From a virus, in IMG/VR virus record IMGVR_UViG_3300037808_001516, positions 1-64,000 of that record: DNA of 64,000 nt; one strand, given 5' to 3'. Of the stretch, positions 17,855 through 28,183 are shown piece by piece. A program made the position numbers and the translations under genes. Positions within the stretch are counted from its first letter, which is position 1, and every line of letters starts with the position of its first letter. The notes below the pieces were generated by a model. That model made no database searches. It had not been told where the DNA came from and saw only the letters and a program-made list of their open reading frames with translations.

Positions 17855-19452
17855 GCAGAGTACATTTTATAGCAGACTTCTTTTCAGACGAAGTCTCAGG
17901 AGGAGCAGAATTAGTAGATTCAGTTTTGTGCAACTTTCTCACAAGTAGAGGTGTGGATGTAATAAAATTAAGATCTTTCGATACAGACAGTATAAAATTA
18001 TCACTATCTGAAGAGTCGTACTACATAATTTCTAATTTTACGGGCATGAGTGATGAGGTAAAGGACTTATTGAAAAATTCAAGGTACTCTATTTTTGAAC
18101 ATGATCACAAATATTTGACAACAAGGGATCCGTCGTTATTTCCAAATTTTCAAGCGCCAAGCAATGCAATAATAAACAGAGATTTTTACGCTCACGCTAA
18201 TAGGGTGTTTTGCCAATCAAAGAAACACAAGGAAGTAGTGGAGAGTAACCTGCAGTTGAACAACATCGTAAATCTAGGATGTAGTCTATGGTCAGAAGAA
18301 GAGTTAAATTGTTTAGAGTCCGCTCTAGAATCTGAAAAAATAAACAAAGCCGCGATTATGCAGTCTCATAATGAAATAAAAGGACAGGCAGAATCGGTAC
18401 AATATTGTGAAAAAAATAATGTTGATTTTGATCTATTACCCGGTATGCCATACGGACAGTTTGTTAGTGCACTAGCTCAGTATGATAAGATAGTTTTTTT
18501 CCCAAAAGTCTTAGAGAGTTTTAGCAGGCTAGCAGTAGAGGCTAGAGTTTTGAATTGTTCACTGGTGACTAATAACCTACTAGGATGCACTTCAGAACCA
18601 TGGTTCAAGCAAAAGAAGGGCAGAGAGTTATTAAGCTTCTTAAGAACAAAGAAAAGAGAGATATTAGAAAAGATATTTCAAGAAGTATCACCAAGAAATC
18701 AGTTTGACAAAGAGGGGATTACAGTCATATTGAATTCCTATAGAAGGCCTTATAACCTTGAGATGCAGATAAAGGCGATCAGAGAGCAAACAGTTAAGCC
18801 GGCTCAGATCTGGTTGTGGGTAAATGCACATGAAGATAACGAGAACTTTGATTATAGCAAACTTGACGTAGACAGAATTTTTAATAATGATCACAACTGG
18901 AAGTTCTATGGTCGCTTTGCAGCTGCATTGTTGATAGACACGGAGCACGTAGCAATCTTCGATGATGACACCGTCCCCGGAAATCAATGGTTTGATAATT
19001 GTTTGTCGACAATGGCTACACAGCCCGGAATCCTAGGTTCTGCCGGCGTAACTTTGAATGACAAATTCTACGTACAACATGATCGATGTGGGTGGCCATC
19101 ACAAAATTCGGAAACGACAAGAGTGGACCTTGTCGGTCATGCATGGTTTTTTAAAAGAGAATGGTTGCAATACCTCTGGAGGGAAAAACCAACAACATGG
19201 GATAACGGAGAAGATATACAATTTTCATACTTAGCACAGAAATATGGAAATATTCAAACTTTTTGCCCACCTCATCCTCCTAATAACAAAGCCTTACACG
19301 GTTCAATACTTGGCAATGAATTAGGCATCGACAACAAAGCGACATCTACAAACAACGCAGTGTCGCATAATCAGTTCTTTAATGAAAGAGATGTCTGTGT
19401 TCAAACAGCGATTAAAGGTGGTTGGAAAACTGTCAGGGAGATAAAGGTTTGA
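17851..19452 (+). CDS. Two-domain glycosyltransferase (GT-B-like N-half + GT-A-like C-half)
   Basis: GGAE...ESFSRLAVEA; then TVILNSYRRP...IFDDD...GEDI. Confidence 0.7.
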   Translation: MSRVHFIADFFSDEVSGGAELVDSVLCNFLTSRGVDVIKLRSFDTDSIKLSLSEESYYIISNFTGMSDEVKDLLKNSRYSIFEHDHKYLTTRDPSLFPNFQAPSNAIINRDFYAHANRVFCQSKKHKEVVESNLQLNNIVNLGCSLWSEEELNCLESALESEKINKAAIMQSHNEIKGQAESVQYCEKNNVDFDLLPGMPYGQFVSALAQYDKIVFFPKVLESFSRLAVEARVLNCSLVTNNLLGCTSEPWFKQKKGRELLSFLRTKKREILEKIFQEVSPRNQFDKEGITVILNSYRRPYNLEMQIKAIREQTVKPAQIWLWVNAHEDNENFDYSKLDVDRIFNNDHNWKFYGRFAAALLIDTEHVAIFDDDTVPGNQWFDNCLSTMATQPGILGSAGVTLNDKFYVQHDRCGWPSQNSETTRVDLVGHAWFFKREWLQYLWREKPTTWDNGEDIQFSYLAQKYGNIQTFCPPHPPNNKALHGSILGNELGIDNKATSTNNAVSHNQFFNERDVCVQTAIKGGWKTVREIKV

Positions 19453-20444
19453 TTTTAATAAGTTTCGGAACCCGACCAGAGTGGATAAAAGTAAGGCCAC
19501 TTATTCAGAAGTTTGATGGAAAAATTCCATACAAACTGTTGTTTACAGGGCAGCATGAGAGCCTCTTGTCAAAGGTGAATGATCAAGCAGATCTAGTTAA
19601 ATTAGATATAAAACAAGGATCCAATAGGTTAGACTCCATAGTCGAATCTGTGATGAACCTAGATCACATCTTCGAGGGAATAACTTCCGTACTTGTTCAG
19701 GGAGACACCACCTCTGCTTTCTCTATTGCACTCGCTGCTTTCCATAGGAAGATAAAAGTTATTCATCTCGAAGCGGGACTGAGAACGTATGACAAGAGGC
19801 AGCCTTATCCAGAAGAGTTTAATAGGCAATCTATTTCTAGAATTGCGGACATTCACTTGTGCCCAACAAGCACGTCAAAAGTATTTTTAGAGAATGAATC
19901 AACTCAGGGCAAGATTGAAGTTGTAGGGAATACGGTATTAGATAACCTTGTAGATTTAAAGCCTACATATTCAAACAAAGTCGTAGTGACAATGCATCGA
20001 AGAGAGAATCACGATATTATGGACAAATGGTTTGCAGAAATAGACAAACTAGCACAACAAAATCCAGATTTAGAGTTCATAATACCCTTGCACCCAAACC
20101 CAAACGTTCAAAAGTTCAGAGATTTGCTCAAGAGTGTTAAAGTTGTTGATCCAATGGAGTATGAAGAGTTTGTTGCTCTTCTTGCCGAGACAAAATTTGT
20201 AATTACCGACTCCGGAGGATTACAAGAAGAAACTAGCTTTCTATCAAAGAAATGTATTGTCTGCCGGCAGAAAACGGAAAGACTAGAGGGTATTGATAGT
20301 TTTGCCTATCTGTGTTCAGAACCGTCAAAACTTCAAGGTTTGTTTGAAAAAGTAAATCATGATCACATCCCTACTGGAAAGTGTCCATATGGCGACGGAG
20401 AAGCTGCATCTAAAATCTACAGGATTCTAAAAGATGAAGTATAA
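19449..20444 (+). CDS. wecB: UDP-N-acetylglucosamine 2-epimerase (non-hydrolysing)
   Basis: GTRPE, TGQH, QGDT, HLEAGLRT, PEEFNR, HRREN, TDSGGLQEE, PYGDG; TTG start at 19449 likely. Confidence 0.92.
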   Translation: MILISFGTRPEWIKVRPLIQKFDGKIPYKLLFTGQHESLLSKVNDQADLVKLDIKQGSNRLDSIVESVMNLDHIFEGITSVLVQGDTTSAFSIALAAFHRKIKVIHLEAGLRTYDKRQPYPEEFNRQSISRIADIHLCPTSTSKVFLENESTQGKIEVVGNTVLDNLVDLKPTYSNKVVVTMHRRENHDIMDKWFAEIDKLAQQNPDLEFIIPLHPNPNVQKFRDLLKSVKVVDPMEYEEFVALLAETKFVITDSGGLQEETSFLSKKCIVCRQKTERLEGIDSFAYLCSEPSKLQGLFEKVNHDHIPTGKCPYGDGEAASKIYRILKDEV

Positions 20445-21210
20445 AAAAGATTTTTTTAATTTACTGGCAAAACTCCGTTCCGGTGAAAATTTTGCATATA
20501 CTAGGTTTTCCGACGGAGAAATTTGTGTTATGCAAGACCAGGAACTTCGGCTAGCATCCGACCACGTAGTCGTGGGTCCAAAAATTTATGGTTTCGGATA
20601 TTCAGAAGATGACCACAAGCACTATGATCCAAACAAGCATGGTTTTTTGAAAGACGCCCTGATTGATGCCTACAAATTTAAACACAAAGACTATTACGTT
20701 GGGGGCATATGCAACGGCTGCACCTGCGCATCTAAGGAGTTTGCATCGTGGATGCATGATCTCTATGGAGAGGTCGACGATAATTTGACTTCTACAAACC
20801 TCTTGGTTAATTCAAATTACCCACTGTTTGTTCAGAATTTCATACCTATTCTTAAAGGAAAGAAAGTCGTGCTAGTGTGTAGTGAAAATGCAAAGATTAA
20901 TCAAATGGGATTTGATATTATAAAAGATTTTAGAGTGGGAAAGAATTGCATAGTTAATGACCACCATCTGATTGAGGAGATCTCTCAATGGATTTTTGAA
21001 AACGAAATTGAGGACCATGTGTTTTTGTTTTCTGCTAGCAGTCTAAGTGAAGTTCTTATACACAATCTATTCAAGTCCAGCCAAGACAACACATATATAG
21101 ATATCGGAACCACCCTTCACCCATATATGGGCTTGGATATAGCACGTGACTACTTAAAAGCATACCATCACAACCTGCCACACCCAGACTTGAGAAGCTC
21201 CTGTGTGTAG
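20434..21210 (+). CDS. Putative GT-D-fold glycosyltransferase-like protein
   Basis: RFSDGE N-terminal motif and IDIGT C-terminal motif; glyco-cluster context. Confidence 0.5.
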   Translation: MKYKKDFFNLLAKLRSGENFAYTRFSDGEICVMQDQELRLASDHVVVGPKIYGFGYSEDDHKHYDPNKHGFLKDALIDAYKFKHKDYYVGGICNGCTCASKEFASWMHDLYGEVDDNLTSTNLLVNSNYPLFVQNFIPILKGKKVVLVCSENAKINQMGFDIIKDFRVGKNCIVNDHHLIEEISQWIFENEIEDHVFLFSASSLSEVLIHNLFKSSQDNTYIDIGTTLHPYMGLDIARDYLKAYHHNLPHPDLRSSCV

Positions 21211-21601
21211 TGCGAACAAGAGGTTGGTTAAAAACGAACAAAAATATTGGCCATTTATAAGAAAGCTTAGAAACGATAAGAGAGTCAAAGAGGGGTTTGT
21301 CTCTCAGCAACACATATCAGAAGAGGATCATGAAGATTTTATGAAAGATCATGGTGATAAATACTACATTTGTTTAGTAGGAGACGTGCCGGCAGGTTTC
21401 GTCGGGTCCATTATGGGAGACATAAGGGTAGCAACTGATCCCTGCTATCAAGGCAAGGGTGTGGGAAAATTTATGATTTCCGAAATATTGTTAAAATTTC
21501 CTGATTCATATGCTAAAGTTAAGACAGAAAACAAGGCCAGTCTTGCTTTATTTGAGTCTTGTGGTTTTAAGAAAAAATATTTCATTTTAGAGAGAGAGTA
21601 A
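21203..21601 (+). CDS. GNAT N-acetyltransferase (sugar N-acetylase, PseH-like)
   Basis: YQGKGVG acetyl-CoA motif, N.AS..LFE.CGF. Confidence 0.78.
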   Translation: MCSANKRLVKNEQKYWPFIRKLRNDKRVKEGFVSQQHISEEDHEDFMKDHGDKYYICLVGDVPAGFVGSIMGDIRVATDPCYQGKGVGKFMISEILLKFPDSYAKVKTENKASLALFESCGFKKKYFILERE

Positions 21602-22221
21602 TGCTCCATAATCCATACAAAATAGTTAAGATGTTTGAAGAAGAAGTTGCGCATTATACTGGCGCCCCACTAGCAGTTTCAGTGAACAGTTGTACCAACG
21701 CCTTGTTCCTAGCATGCAAATGGAACAAGGTAGCCGGTAAAGAAGTTATACTACCGAAGAGAACTTACTTATCACCGCCACAGTCTGTTTTACAAGCTGG
21801 CGGCGACCTGGTGTTTGAAGACAAAGAATGGGAAGGCATATATCAATTGAAGCCGTTTCCGATTTACGACGCAGCAAAGCGATTGACATCTAAAATGTAC
21901 ATACCTGGTACAATGATGTGTTTATCTTTTCACATAAAGAAACACCTAAAAATAGGGAAGGGCGGCATGATACTGTTGGACGACCCCGAAGCAGCGAAAT
22001 GGCTAAAAGCCAGAAGATACGAAGGTCGCACTGACGGATTAAGATATCACGAAGACCAAATATATGAAGAAGGTTGGAACTTATACATGACACCAGAACA
22101 AGCGGCCAGGGGTCTTACATTAATGCAAAACTACCCAGAACATGTTCCAGATATTCCAGAGGATCCACCATATAGAGATTTGACTGAGTTTGAATTATTT
22201 AAGAACATAAAGGTTTTATAA
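21601..22221 (+). CDS. DegT/DnrJ/EryC1/StrS sugar aminotransferase, short form
   Basis: FEEEVA, NSCTNAL, DAA, SFHIKK (PLP Lys), GGMI. Confidence 0.8.
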   Translation: MLHNPYKIVKMFEEEVAHYTGAPLAVSVNSCTNALFLACKWNKVAGKEVILPKRTYLSPPQSVLQAGGDLVFEDKEWEGIYQLKPFPIYDAAKRLTSKMYIPGTMMCLSFHIKKHLKIGKGGMILLDDPEAAKWLKARRYEGRTDGLRYHEDQIYEEGWNLYMTPEQAARGLTLMQNYPEHVPDIPEDPPYRDLTEFELFKNIKVL

Positions 22222-23759
22222 TGAAGATAGCGCTTTGTTTACATGGATATTACAATAGTTCCGGAGGGCCCGAGTCTGGTAATTTTGGATTTGATTACTT
22301 GAACAAGAACGTAATCTCAGGAAATGACGTCGATGTGTTTGTACACAGTTGGGACCTGCCAGCAGAAGAAAGAATCCTTCAAAGTTACAAGCCGACTTCG
22401 AGTTTATTTGAGGCTCAGTCTGATTTTGAAGAGGAGCTTTCCCGAATCGACTCAGAGTGGTTTGAAGAAGGTTTTGACAGATCTCAAACTATGTATCGAA
22501 ATTCAATATATCAAACATTTAGCTTTTTATATTCTAGAAAGGCTTCTGTGGAGTTGAAAAAGAAATACGAAGAGGAAAATGGGTTCGAGTACGATTGCGT
22601 GATCCTGTGCAGGTTTGACCTAGGTAGCAGAGGCAAGGAACACCCTCAGCTTTTTTACGCGACAGACATGGAGTTTAATTTGAGTGCTGATCTTGATAAA
22701 CTGCATATGAAGTATTGGAACCAATTTAATTGGGGCATTGCCGACCACTGGTTCTATTCAAACAGTAAAACTATGGATCAAGTAGCTGGACTGTATGACA
22801 AGCTAGAGAGTTACTATCACAAAGACAGTGATTATGTAAGAGCAGTAACAGAAGCCTGGCCAGAGAGCAATAGTGATAATGAATTTTCAAATGAATTGTT
22901 TTTAAAAAACAAGTCTGACAATTTGGTAAAGTTTGAAAAGTGGCACTGTGTCGACAATCATAAACTGTATAAGTGGTTTTTTTATGAAACGGGCCTGTCA
23001 AAGCGCATTGGTTTCGGGGACCCAAAGACACAAGAAAATAAAGACTTTTCAATAATCATGTATAGTCACAGTAGTTATTCTGACGCCTGGCCTATGTTTT
23101 TCGGACAAACAGATAAATATTTTAAAGATCACAAGAAATACATTTTCTGCGATGATGATTGTTCAATAGTGCCGGATGATTGGGTTTGTGTAAAATATGA
23201 TGAAAGTCAATCTTACAATAAGAGGGTTGCTTCTTGCTTGGAACAAGTAGATGAAGAGATTGTCATTTTTCATCACGAAGATATGCCGTTGTATTTAAAG
23301 CCTAGATTTGACGAACTGAACAGGCTCAGTTGTATTCTGAGGAGAGAAGGTATAGATTTTGTAAAGCTTCTCCGCGGAGGCATAACAAAAGATGATCCTC
23401 CGTACAAATTTTACACGAACTTGTACAAGATAACAGATGGTGTTCATTATATGGCAGTACAGCCAGCTTTATGGAAGAAGAGCAGCTTGCAAAAGGTGTA
23501 TGAAAAATCAAATGTATCCCACATTAGAGAATTTGAGACCCTGGCATCTTCTGTTTGCTTGAGAGAAGAGATCAGAGGTGTATATAGTTATTCCGGTGAA
23601 CCGAAGGCCGGACTCTATCATTATTCCTCAAGGACTTATCCATATGTAGCAACCGCAATTTCCGCTGGAAAATGGAATACAAAAGAATATAAAAATGAAT
23701 TGATGCAACTATCCAGAGAATACGAAACAGACTTACAAGAAAGAGGTACAAATGATTAA
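22221..23759 (+). CDS. Two-domain putative glycosyltransferase-like protein
   Basis: MKIALCLHG...VDVFVHSW...YDCVILCRFD domain followed by a second domain with HHED; glyco-cluster context. Confidence 0.5.
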   Translation: MKIALCLHGYYNSSGGPESGNFGFDYLNKNVISGNDVDVFVHSWDLPAEERILQSYKPTSSLFEAQSDFEEELSRIDSEWFEEGFDRSQTMYRNSIYQTFSFLYSRKASVELKKKYEEENGFEYDCVILCRFDLGSRGKEHPQLFYATDMEFNLSADLDKLHMKYWNQFNWGIADHWFYSNSKTMDQVAGLYDKLESYYHKDSDYVRAVTEAWPESNSDNEFSNELFLKNKSDNLVKFEKWHCVDNHKLYKWFFYETGLSKRIGFGDPKTQENKDFSIIMYSHSSYSDAWPMFFGQTDKYFKDHKKYIFCDDDCSIVPDDWVCVKYDESQSYNKRVASCLEQVDEEIVIFHHEDMPLYLKPRFDELNRLSCILRREGIDFVKLLRGGITKDDPPYKFYTNLYKITDGVHYMAVQPALWKKSSLQKVYEKSNVSHIREFETLASSVCLREEIRGVYSYSGEPKAGLYHYSSRTYPYVATAISAGKWNTKEYKNELMQLSREYETDLQERGTND

Positions 23760-24276
23760 GCTAGTTATTTTAGATGTCGACGGCGTTTTAACAGACGGCC
23801 GGAAATATTATGATGAATCGGGAATGCCAAAGGCAAAGACATATTGTGATAAAGATTTTACAGCCATAAAAAGACTTAGAGGGGCGGGATTAAGCGTTTG
23901 TTTTCTATCCGGTGACGATTTTGTAAACAAGTCAATGGCAAAGAACAGGAACATTGATTTCTATTCAGCAAGAGGAAAAGATAAGGCGACCTTTGTAAAG
24001 GAATTTGAGTCCAAATATGAAACCACTGCAGCTGATATGGCTTATGTTGGCGATGACCTGTTTGATAGCAGTATATTAGAGAAAGTTGGGTATGCCTTTT
24101 GTCCGTCTGACGCATGCCTTGAAGTCAAAAAGATATGCGGTCTAAAAAACATCCTACCCCAACCGGGCGGCCACAACGTTGTCATGAACCTGGTAGAGTT
24201 GCTTCTAGAAAGGGGTCTAGTTCCGGATGCCACAATGGAGCAAATTGAAGAATTAGATAGAAAAGAAAAGTTTTAA
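23752..24276 (+). CDS. KdsC/YrbI-like HAD phosphatase
   Basis: DVDGVLTDG, SG, K, YVGDDLFD. Confidence 0.85.
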   Translation: MIKLVILDVDGVLTDGRKYYDESGMPKAKTYCDKDFTAIKRLRGAGLSVCFLSGDDFVNKSMAKNRNIDFYSARGKDKATFVKEFESKYETTAADMAYVGDDLFDSSILEKVGYAFCPSDACLEVKKICGLKNILPQPGGHNVVMNLVELLLERGLVPDATMEQIEELDRKEKF

Positions 24277-24980
24277 TGATCAACGTTGCACTATTGGGTA
24301 AGAAATATCAAGACTGTATTTTTTATGTAGAAAACTTATCAGTGGGAGAGACGAACCTTTCTTCGGAACCTTACAAGACTCTCGGAGGTTGTTATAATTT
24401 GCTGAAGGCGCCCATTGACACGGTACAGTTTGACATCCACACAAAAGGGTCCAAAGACGCTTTTATAATAAGTGAATCAAAATCAAGCACACGCACATCC
24501 ATAGTGGTAAACCGATCTGAGTCTTATTATAGTAAATCACTCATAGATACCATTAATCAAAACTATAACTGGGCTCACACATGTTATATCGATGATATCG
24601 AAGATCCACAGCCTCTCCTTGGACTGACAATTGATTTTAGTATAGACTTTTGTACTTTAAAATCTCGTCAAAGATTCCAGGAAATTATAGATAAAGCAAC
24701 GGTGGTTTTTGACTCTAGAGAAAGAAAATCTCTATATGAGAAGATTAACACCAAAACCCCCATAGTATTTCATGACCAAAACGGCATAGAGGTTAACATA
24801 AACGGTGAAGTTTTACTTGATTCACAAGTGGAGCCTATTTTAAATTTAAATGTCAATGGTGCCGGCGACATGTATGCTGCAAATTTTATTAAAAATTATT
24901 ACAAGTATGGTATAATTAAGTCAGCCAACATGGCGATGATATCAACAACACATTTACTCAAAAAAGGACTAAACAAATAA
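24276..24980 (+). CDS. PfkB-family carbohydrate kinase-like protein (divergent)
   Basis: N-terminal GG and C-terminal NVNGAGDMYAA. Confidence 0.6.
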   Translation: MINVALLGKKYQDCIFYVENLSVGETNLSSEPYKTLGGCYNLLKAPIDTVQFDIHTKGSKDAFIISESKSSTRTSIVVNRSESYYSKSLIDTINQNYNWAHTCYIDDIEDPQPLLGLTIDFSIDFCTLKSRQRFQEIIDKATVVFDSRERKSLYEKINTKTPIVFHDQNGIEVNINGEVLLDSQVEPILNLNVNGAGDMYAANFIKNYYKYGIIKSANMAMISTTHLLKKGLNK

Positions 24981-26141
24981 ATGAACAAGAAATTTAACTT
25001 ACTATTACCTATTGCTGGAGCAGCAAAGAGATTTTCCGATGTAGGCTACACAATGCCAAAGCCTTTGATTATGGCAAACAATAGGCATATTATTGACTGG
25101 TCTATGGATTCCGTCAAGCTGGACGATTGCAATATAATTTTTGTTGTTAGAGCCGAGCATGTTTATAATTTTTCTATTGATGAAATTCTAAAAGAAAAGT
25201 TTGGAGAAGATATAACCATTGTCGTCTTAGATCACATGACCCGCGGCTCAGTGGAGACGTGTTTGGAGGCAAGGAAATTTATTGAGAATGATATGCCGCT
25301 AGTAATTTACACACCGGATGTATATTTTCAGAACCAACTGGACCCGGAAACTATAGACCCCAATCTAGATGGGTTCATATTAACTTTTAAGGCAAACAGT
25401 CCAGCCCACAGCTATGTTAAGCTTGACAAGAGAGGTCTTGCCACAAAGACAGCTGAAAAGGAAGTTATAAGCCAAGATGCAGCTGTCGGTGTATATTATT
25501 ATAAGACAGGTGACATGTTTGTTAAGTACGCCGAAAGATTAATTCACAATGACATAACCGTTAAGAACGAATTTTACCTTTGCCCAATGTACAATCTAAT
25601 GATTCAAGACGGCTTAAAAATAAAAACCAAAAGCGCAGAAAAAATGCATGTACTAGGGACTCCGTCGGAGTTAGAATTTTTTACTAACTATGTGGTTCAG
25701 CGATTTGGCGAGAAGCCAGTCGCTTTGTGTTGTGATCACTCTGGATATAAATTAAAAGAAGCGGCAAAAAAAGTCTTAGATGCTAACAGGGTTCCTTACA
25801 TCGACTTTGGAACTCTAATGAACAAGAACTGTGATTATAACGACTACGTATCTCAGGCAATGCAAGCGATCGAATCTAAAGTCTGCGATTTCGCAATGGG
25901 CTTTTGCCGCACTGGCCAGGGCATAAACATTCTTGCTAACACGTCTAAGGATATCAGAGGCGCCTTGGTCTTCGATGAGTATACGGCAGAATATTGTATA
26001 CGACATAATTGCGCAAACTTTTTCACAATTCCAGAGAAATACGTTGATAAAGATGAATTAGATCGAATGGTAAAAATATGGCTCACCTCTAGTTTTGACG
26101 GCGGCCGCCACATGACTCGAATGAAGAAGACGATAGGGTAA
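24981..26141 (+). CDS. Fusion: sugar-phosphate nucleotidyltransferase + RpiB-type sugar-phosphate isomerase
   Basis: PIAGAAKRF...PKPLI...EK...GVYYY...LGTP; then DHSG, DY.DY, CRTGQG, RHNCAN, GGRHMTR. Confidence 0.82.
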   Translation: MNKKFNLLLPIAGAAKRFSDVGYTMPKPLIMANNRHIIDWSMDSVKLDDCNIIFVVRAEHVYNFSIDEILKEKFGEDITIVVLDHMTRGSVETCLEARKFIENDMPLVIYTPDVYFQNQLDPETIDPNLDGFILTFKANSPAHSYVKLDKRGLATKTAEKEVISQDAAVGVYYYKTGDMFVKYAERLIHNDITVKNEFYLCPMYNLMIQDGLKIKTKSAEKMHVLGTPSELEFFTNYVVQRFGEKPVALCCDHSGYKLKEAAKKVLDANRVPYIDFGTLMNKNCDYNDYVSQAMQAIESKVCDFAMGFCRTGQGINILANTSKDIRGALVFDEYTAEYCIRHNCANFFTIPEKYVDKDELDRMVKIWLTSSFDGGRHMTRMKKTIG

Positions 26142-26152
26142 AGAACAAATTG

Positions 26153-26924
26153 ATGACCCACGAGTACAAGTATGAGGAAGTTACCACTCTAATTCAAGGT
26201 CCCTTGAACGAAGTTGGTCTGAGCCATATAGAGACTTATTCAGAATACGGCCCCCGTGGTGGTTAGTTCTTGGAGCGACCCAGACTTCGACAGTCTTTTG
26301 GGGTTCATGAGGCACACCCCCGGTGTCAAGTTTATTCTTACTACATTACCAGACATCAAAAAGACAACACACTGTCTTATGGACAGTACTTTTTACTGGG
26401 CAATATGTTCTATGTACCATGGACTCAAAAATGTAGAAACTGAGTATGTCGTAAAGACCAGAATGGACGAAGCGTTTTCGGGACTAGAACCTTTCATTGA
26501 TCCTTTCTTACTAGACGACAAGAAGATGGTGTGTGGGAACATATTTGTTCAAAAATTCGACAGACAACAGTTTCACATAGGGGACCACGTTTTCGTGGCA
26601 AAAACAGAAGTGCTATTGAGAGCAACTAAACAACTTAAAGATATATATGAAAATAAGATACCATCAGAAACTTGGGCACAGCAAGGCCCTTACTCTGCAG
26701 AACAGGTGCTCGCTTTTGCATTTTTGAAAAATAGTGGTATTCCGGTCCCTCTTGTAATCAATGGCACTGCACCCCCTTCAAACCGCGAAGTGTTCTGCAA
26801 TAATTTTCACGTTGTTGATGTTAATGAGGTAGAAAGTTTCACTCTTCGATGGAACCACAATGAACAAACTTATAAAGATAAATTTGTGAACCCTCACGGA
26901 GTCACAACTATGGAGGACATTTAA
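26153..26924 (+). pseudogene. WavE-like LPS/glycan synthesis protein split by a frameshift in a C5 run (26251-26255)
   Basis: Frame A: MTHEYKYEEVTTLIQGP...YGP then TAG at 26264; deleting one C gives continuous GPVVVSSW...GLKNVETEYVVKTRMDE...GDHVF. Confidence 0.6.
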
Positions 26925-27574
26925 TGAAAAAAGACCTAAAACTTCACAAGAGACTCTTGAAGCTACTGTATGAACACAACGAAGAACACGTTGGCAGTTG
27001 TTTTTCTTGTGTAGATATAATAGATGAAATATTTGAGAAGAAAGCCCCACGAGACATTTTTGTATTATCTAACGGTCACGCCGCATACGCACTTTACAGC
27101 GTCTTAGAAAAACATTATGATCACATAGATGCTGACGAGCTGGTAAAGAAACATGGAGGTCATCCAAACCGGGATGAATTAAATCACATCTACTGTTCTA
27201 CCGGCAGCTTAGGGATGGGAATTATGATGGCAGTCGGCAGAGCCTTGGCGGACAACACAAGAACTGTTCATGTAATGATCAGCGATGGTGAATCAACAGA
27301 GGGTTCAGTCTGGGAGGCTTTAAGATACATAGAGGAAAAGAAGGTCACAAATATTGAAGTTCATGTCAACGCCAACGGATATGCGTGTTATGATGAGATG
27401 GACATAGATTACCTAGAGAGGAGATGTAAAGCGTTTATGCCAAGAATTAATTTCCACAGAACAACATCTGAAACATTTCCTTTTTCATTTTTGCATGGTC
27501 TAGATGCGCACTACATTAAGATAAACGAAAATCAATACAAAGAGGCTAAGGAGGTGTTGGAAAATGAGCGTTAG
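26924..27574 (+). CDS. Transketolase-like protein, N-terminal ThDP-binding subunit
   Basis: HVGSCFS, LSNGHA, GHP, STGSLGMG, SDGE.TEGSVWEA...N. Confidence 0.87.
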   Translation: MKKDLKLHKRLLKLLYEHNEEHVGSCFSCVDIIDEIFEKKAPRDIFVLSNGHAAYALYSVLEKHYDHIDADELVKKHGGHPNRDELNHIYCSTGSLGMGIMMAVGRALADNTRTVHVMISDGESTEGSVWEALRYIEEKKVTNIEVHVNANGYACYDEMDIDYLERRCKAFMPRINFHRTTSETFPFSFLHGLDAHYIKINENQYKEAKEVLENER

Positions 27575-28043
27575 AAAAAAGTTTGTACAACTACTTCATG
27601 AAAAAATGAAGGTAAACAAGGATGTAGTACTAGTTTTAGGTGACTTAGGTTATGGGCATTTCGACAAAATAAGAGAGCAATTTCCAGATAGAGTGTTCAA
27701 CCCCGGGGCAGCCGAGCAGCTTATGTTGGGCATGTCGTGCGGCTTAGCTATGGAAGGCAAGATCCCCGTATGTTATTCTATGACACCGTTCGTGCTTTAC
27801 AGACCCTTTGAGGTAATAAGAACCTACATTGATCACGAAAAAATTCCAGTCATATTGGCTGCCGGCGGCCGCGGCAAGGACTATGGCGCCGCAGGCTTCT
27901 CTCATTGGGCGACTGATGACAAAGAGCATCTGTCTGGATTCAAAAACATTTTAAAAACCTGGCCATCAGAATCTAGCTTAGAGGATGAGTTCGATTCGAT
28001 TATTGAAAGCAGGGTACCGTATTATGTTAATTTGTCAAGGTAA
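27564..28043 (+). CDS. Transketolase-like protein, pyrimidine-binding subunit (no C-terminal domain)
   Basis: DLG, FPDRVFN.G.AEQ.M...GLAMEG, GFSHWATDD. Confidence 0.85.
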   Translation: MSVRKKFVQLLHEKMKVNKDVVLVLGDLGYGHFDKIREQFPDRVFNPGAAEQLMLGMSCGLAMEGKIPVCYSMTPFVLYRPFEVIRTYIDHEKIPVILAAGGRGKDYGAAGFSHWATDDKEHLSGFKNILKTWPSESSLEDEFDSIIESRVPYYVNLSR

Positions 28044-28057
28044 AAGGGGGAGAGAAT

Positions 28058-28183
28058 ATGGTAGTAAGTGATGATAATAAATTCACATTTGTTTGTATAG
28101 CGAAAGCAGCCCCCGCAGAAAAGTTTACCAATAATCACCTCTGGGGCGCCCATGCAAACTACCCATATTATGGGGGTTTTTGA
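28058..28183 (+). pseudogene. 41-codon remnant with sulfotransferase-like N-terminus
   Basis: MVVSDDNKFTFVCIAKAA resembles the Sulfotransfer_2 start (MIISH..KFIF.HIPK.A); has an SD and is TGATG-coupled to the next gene. Confidence 0.35.
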
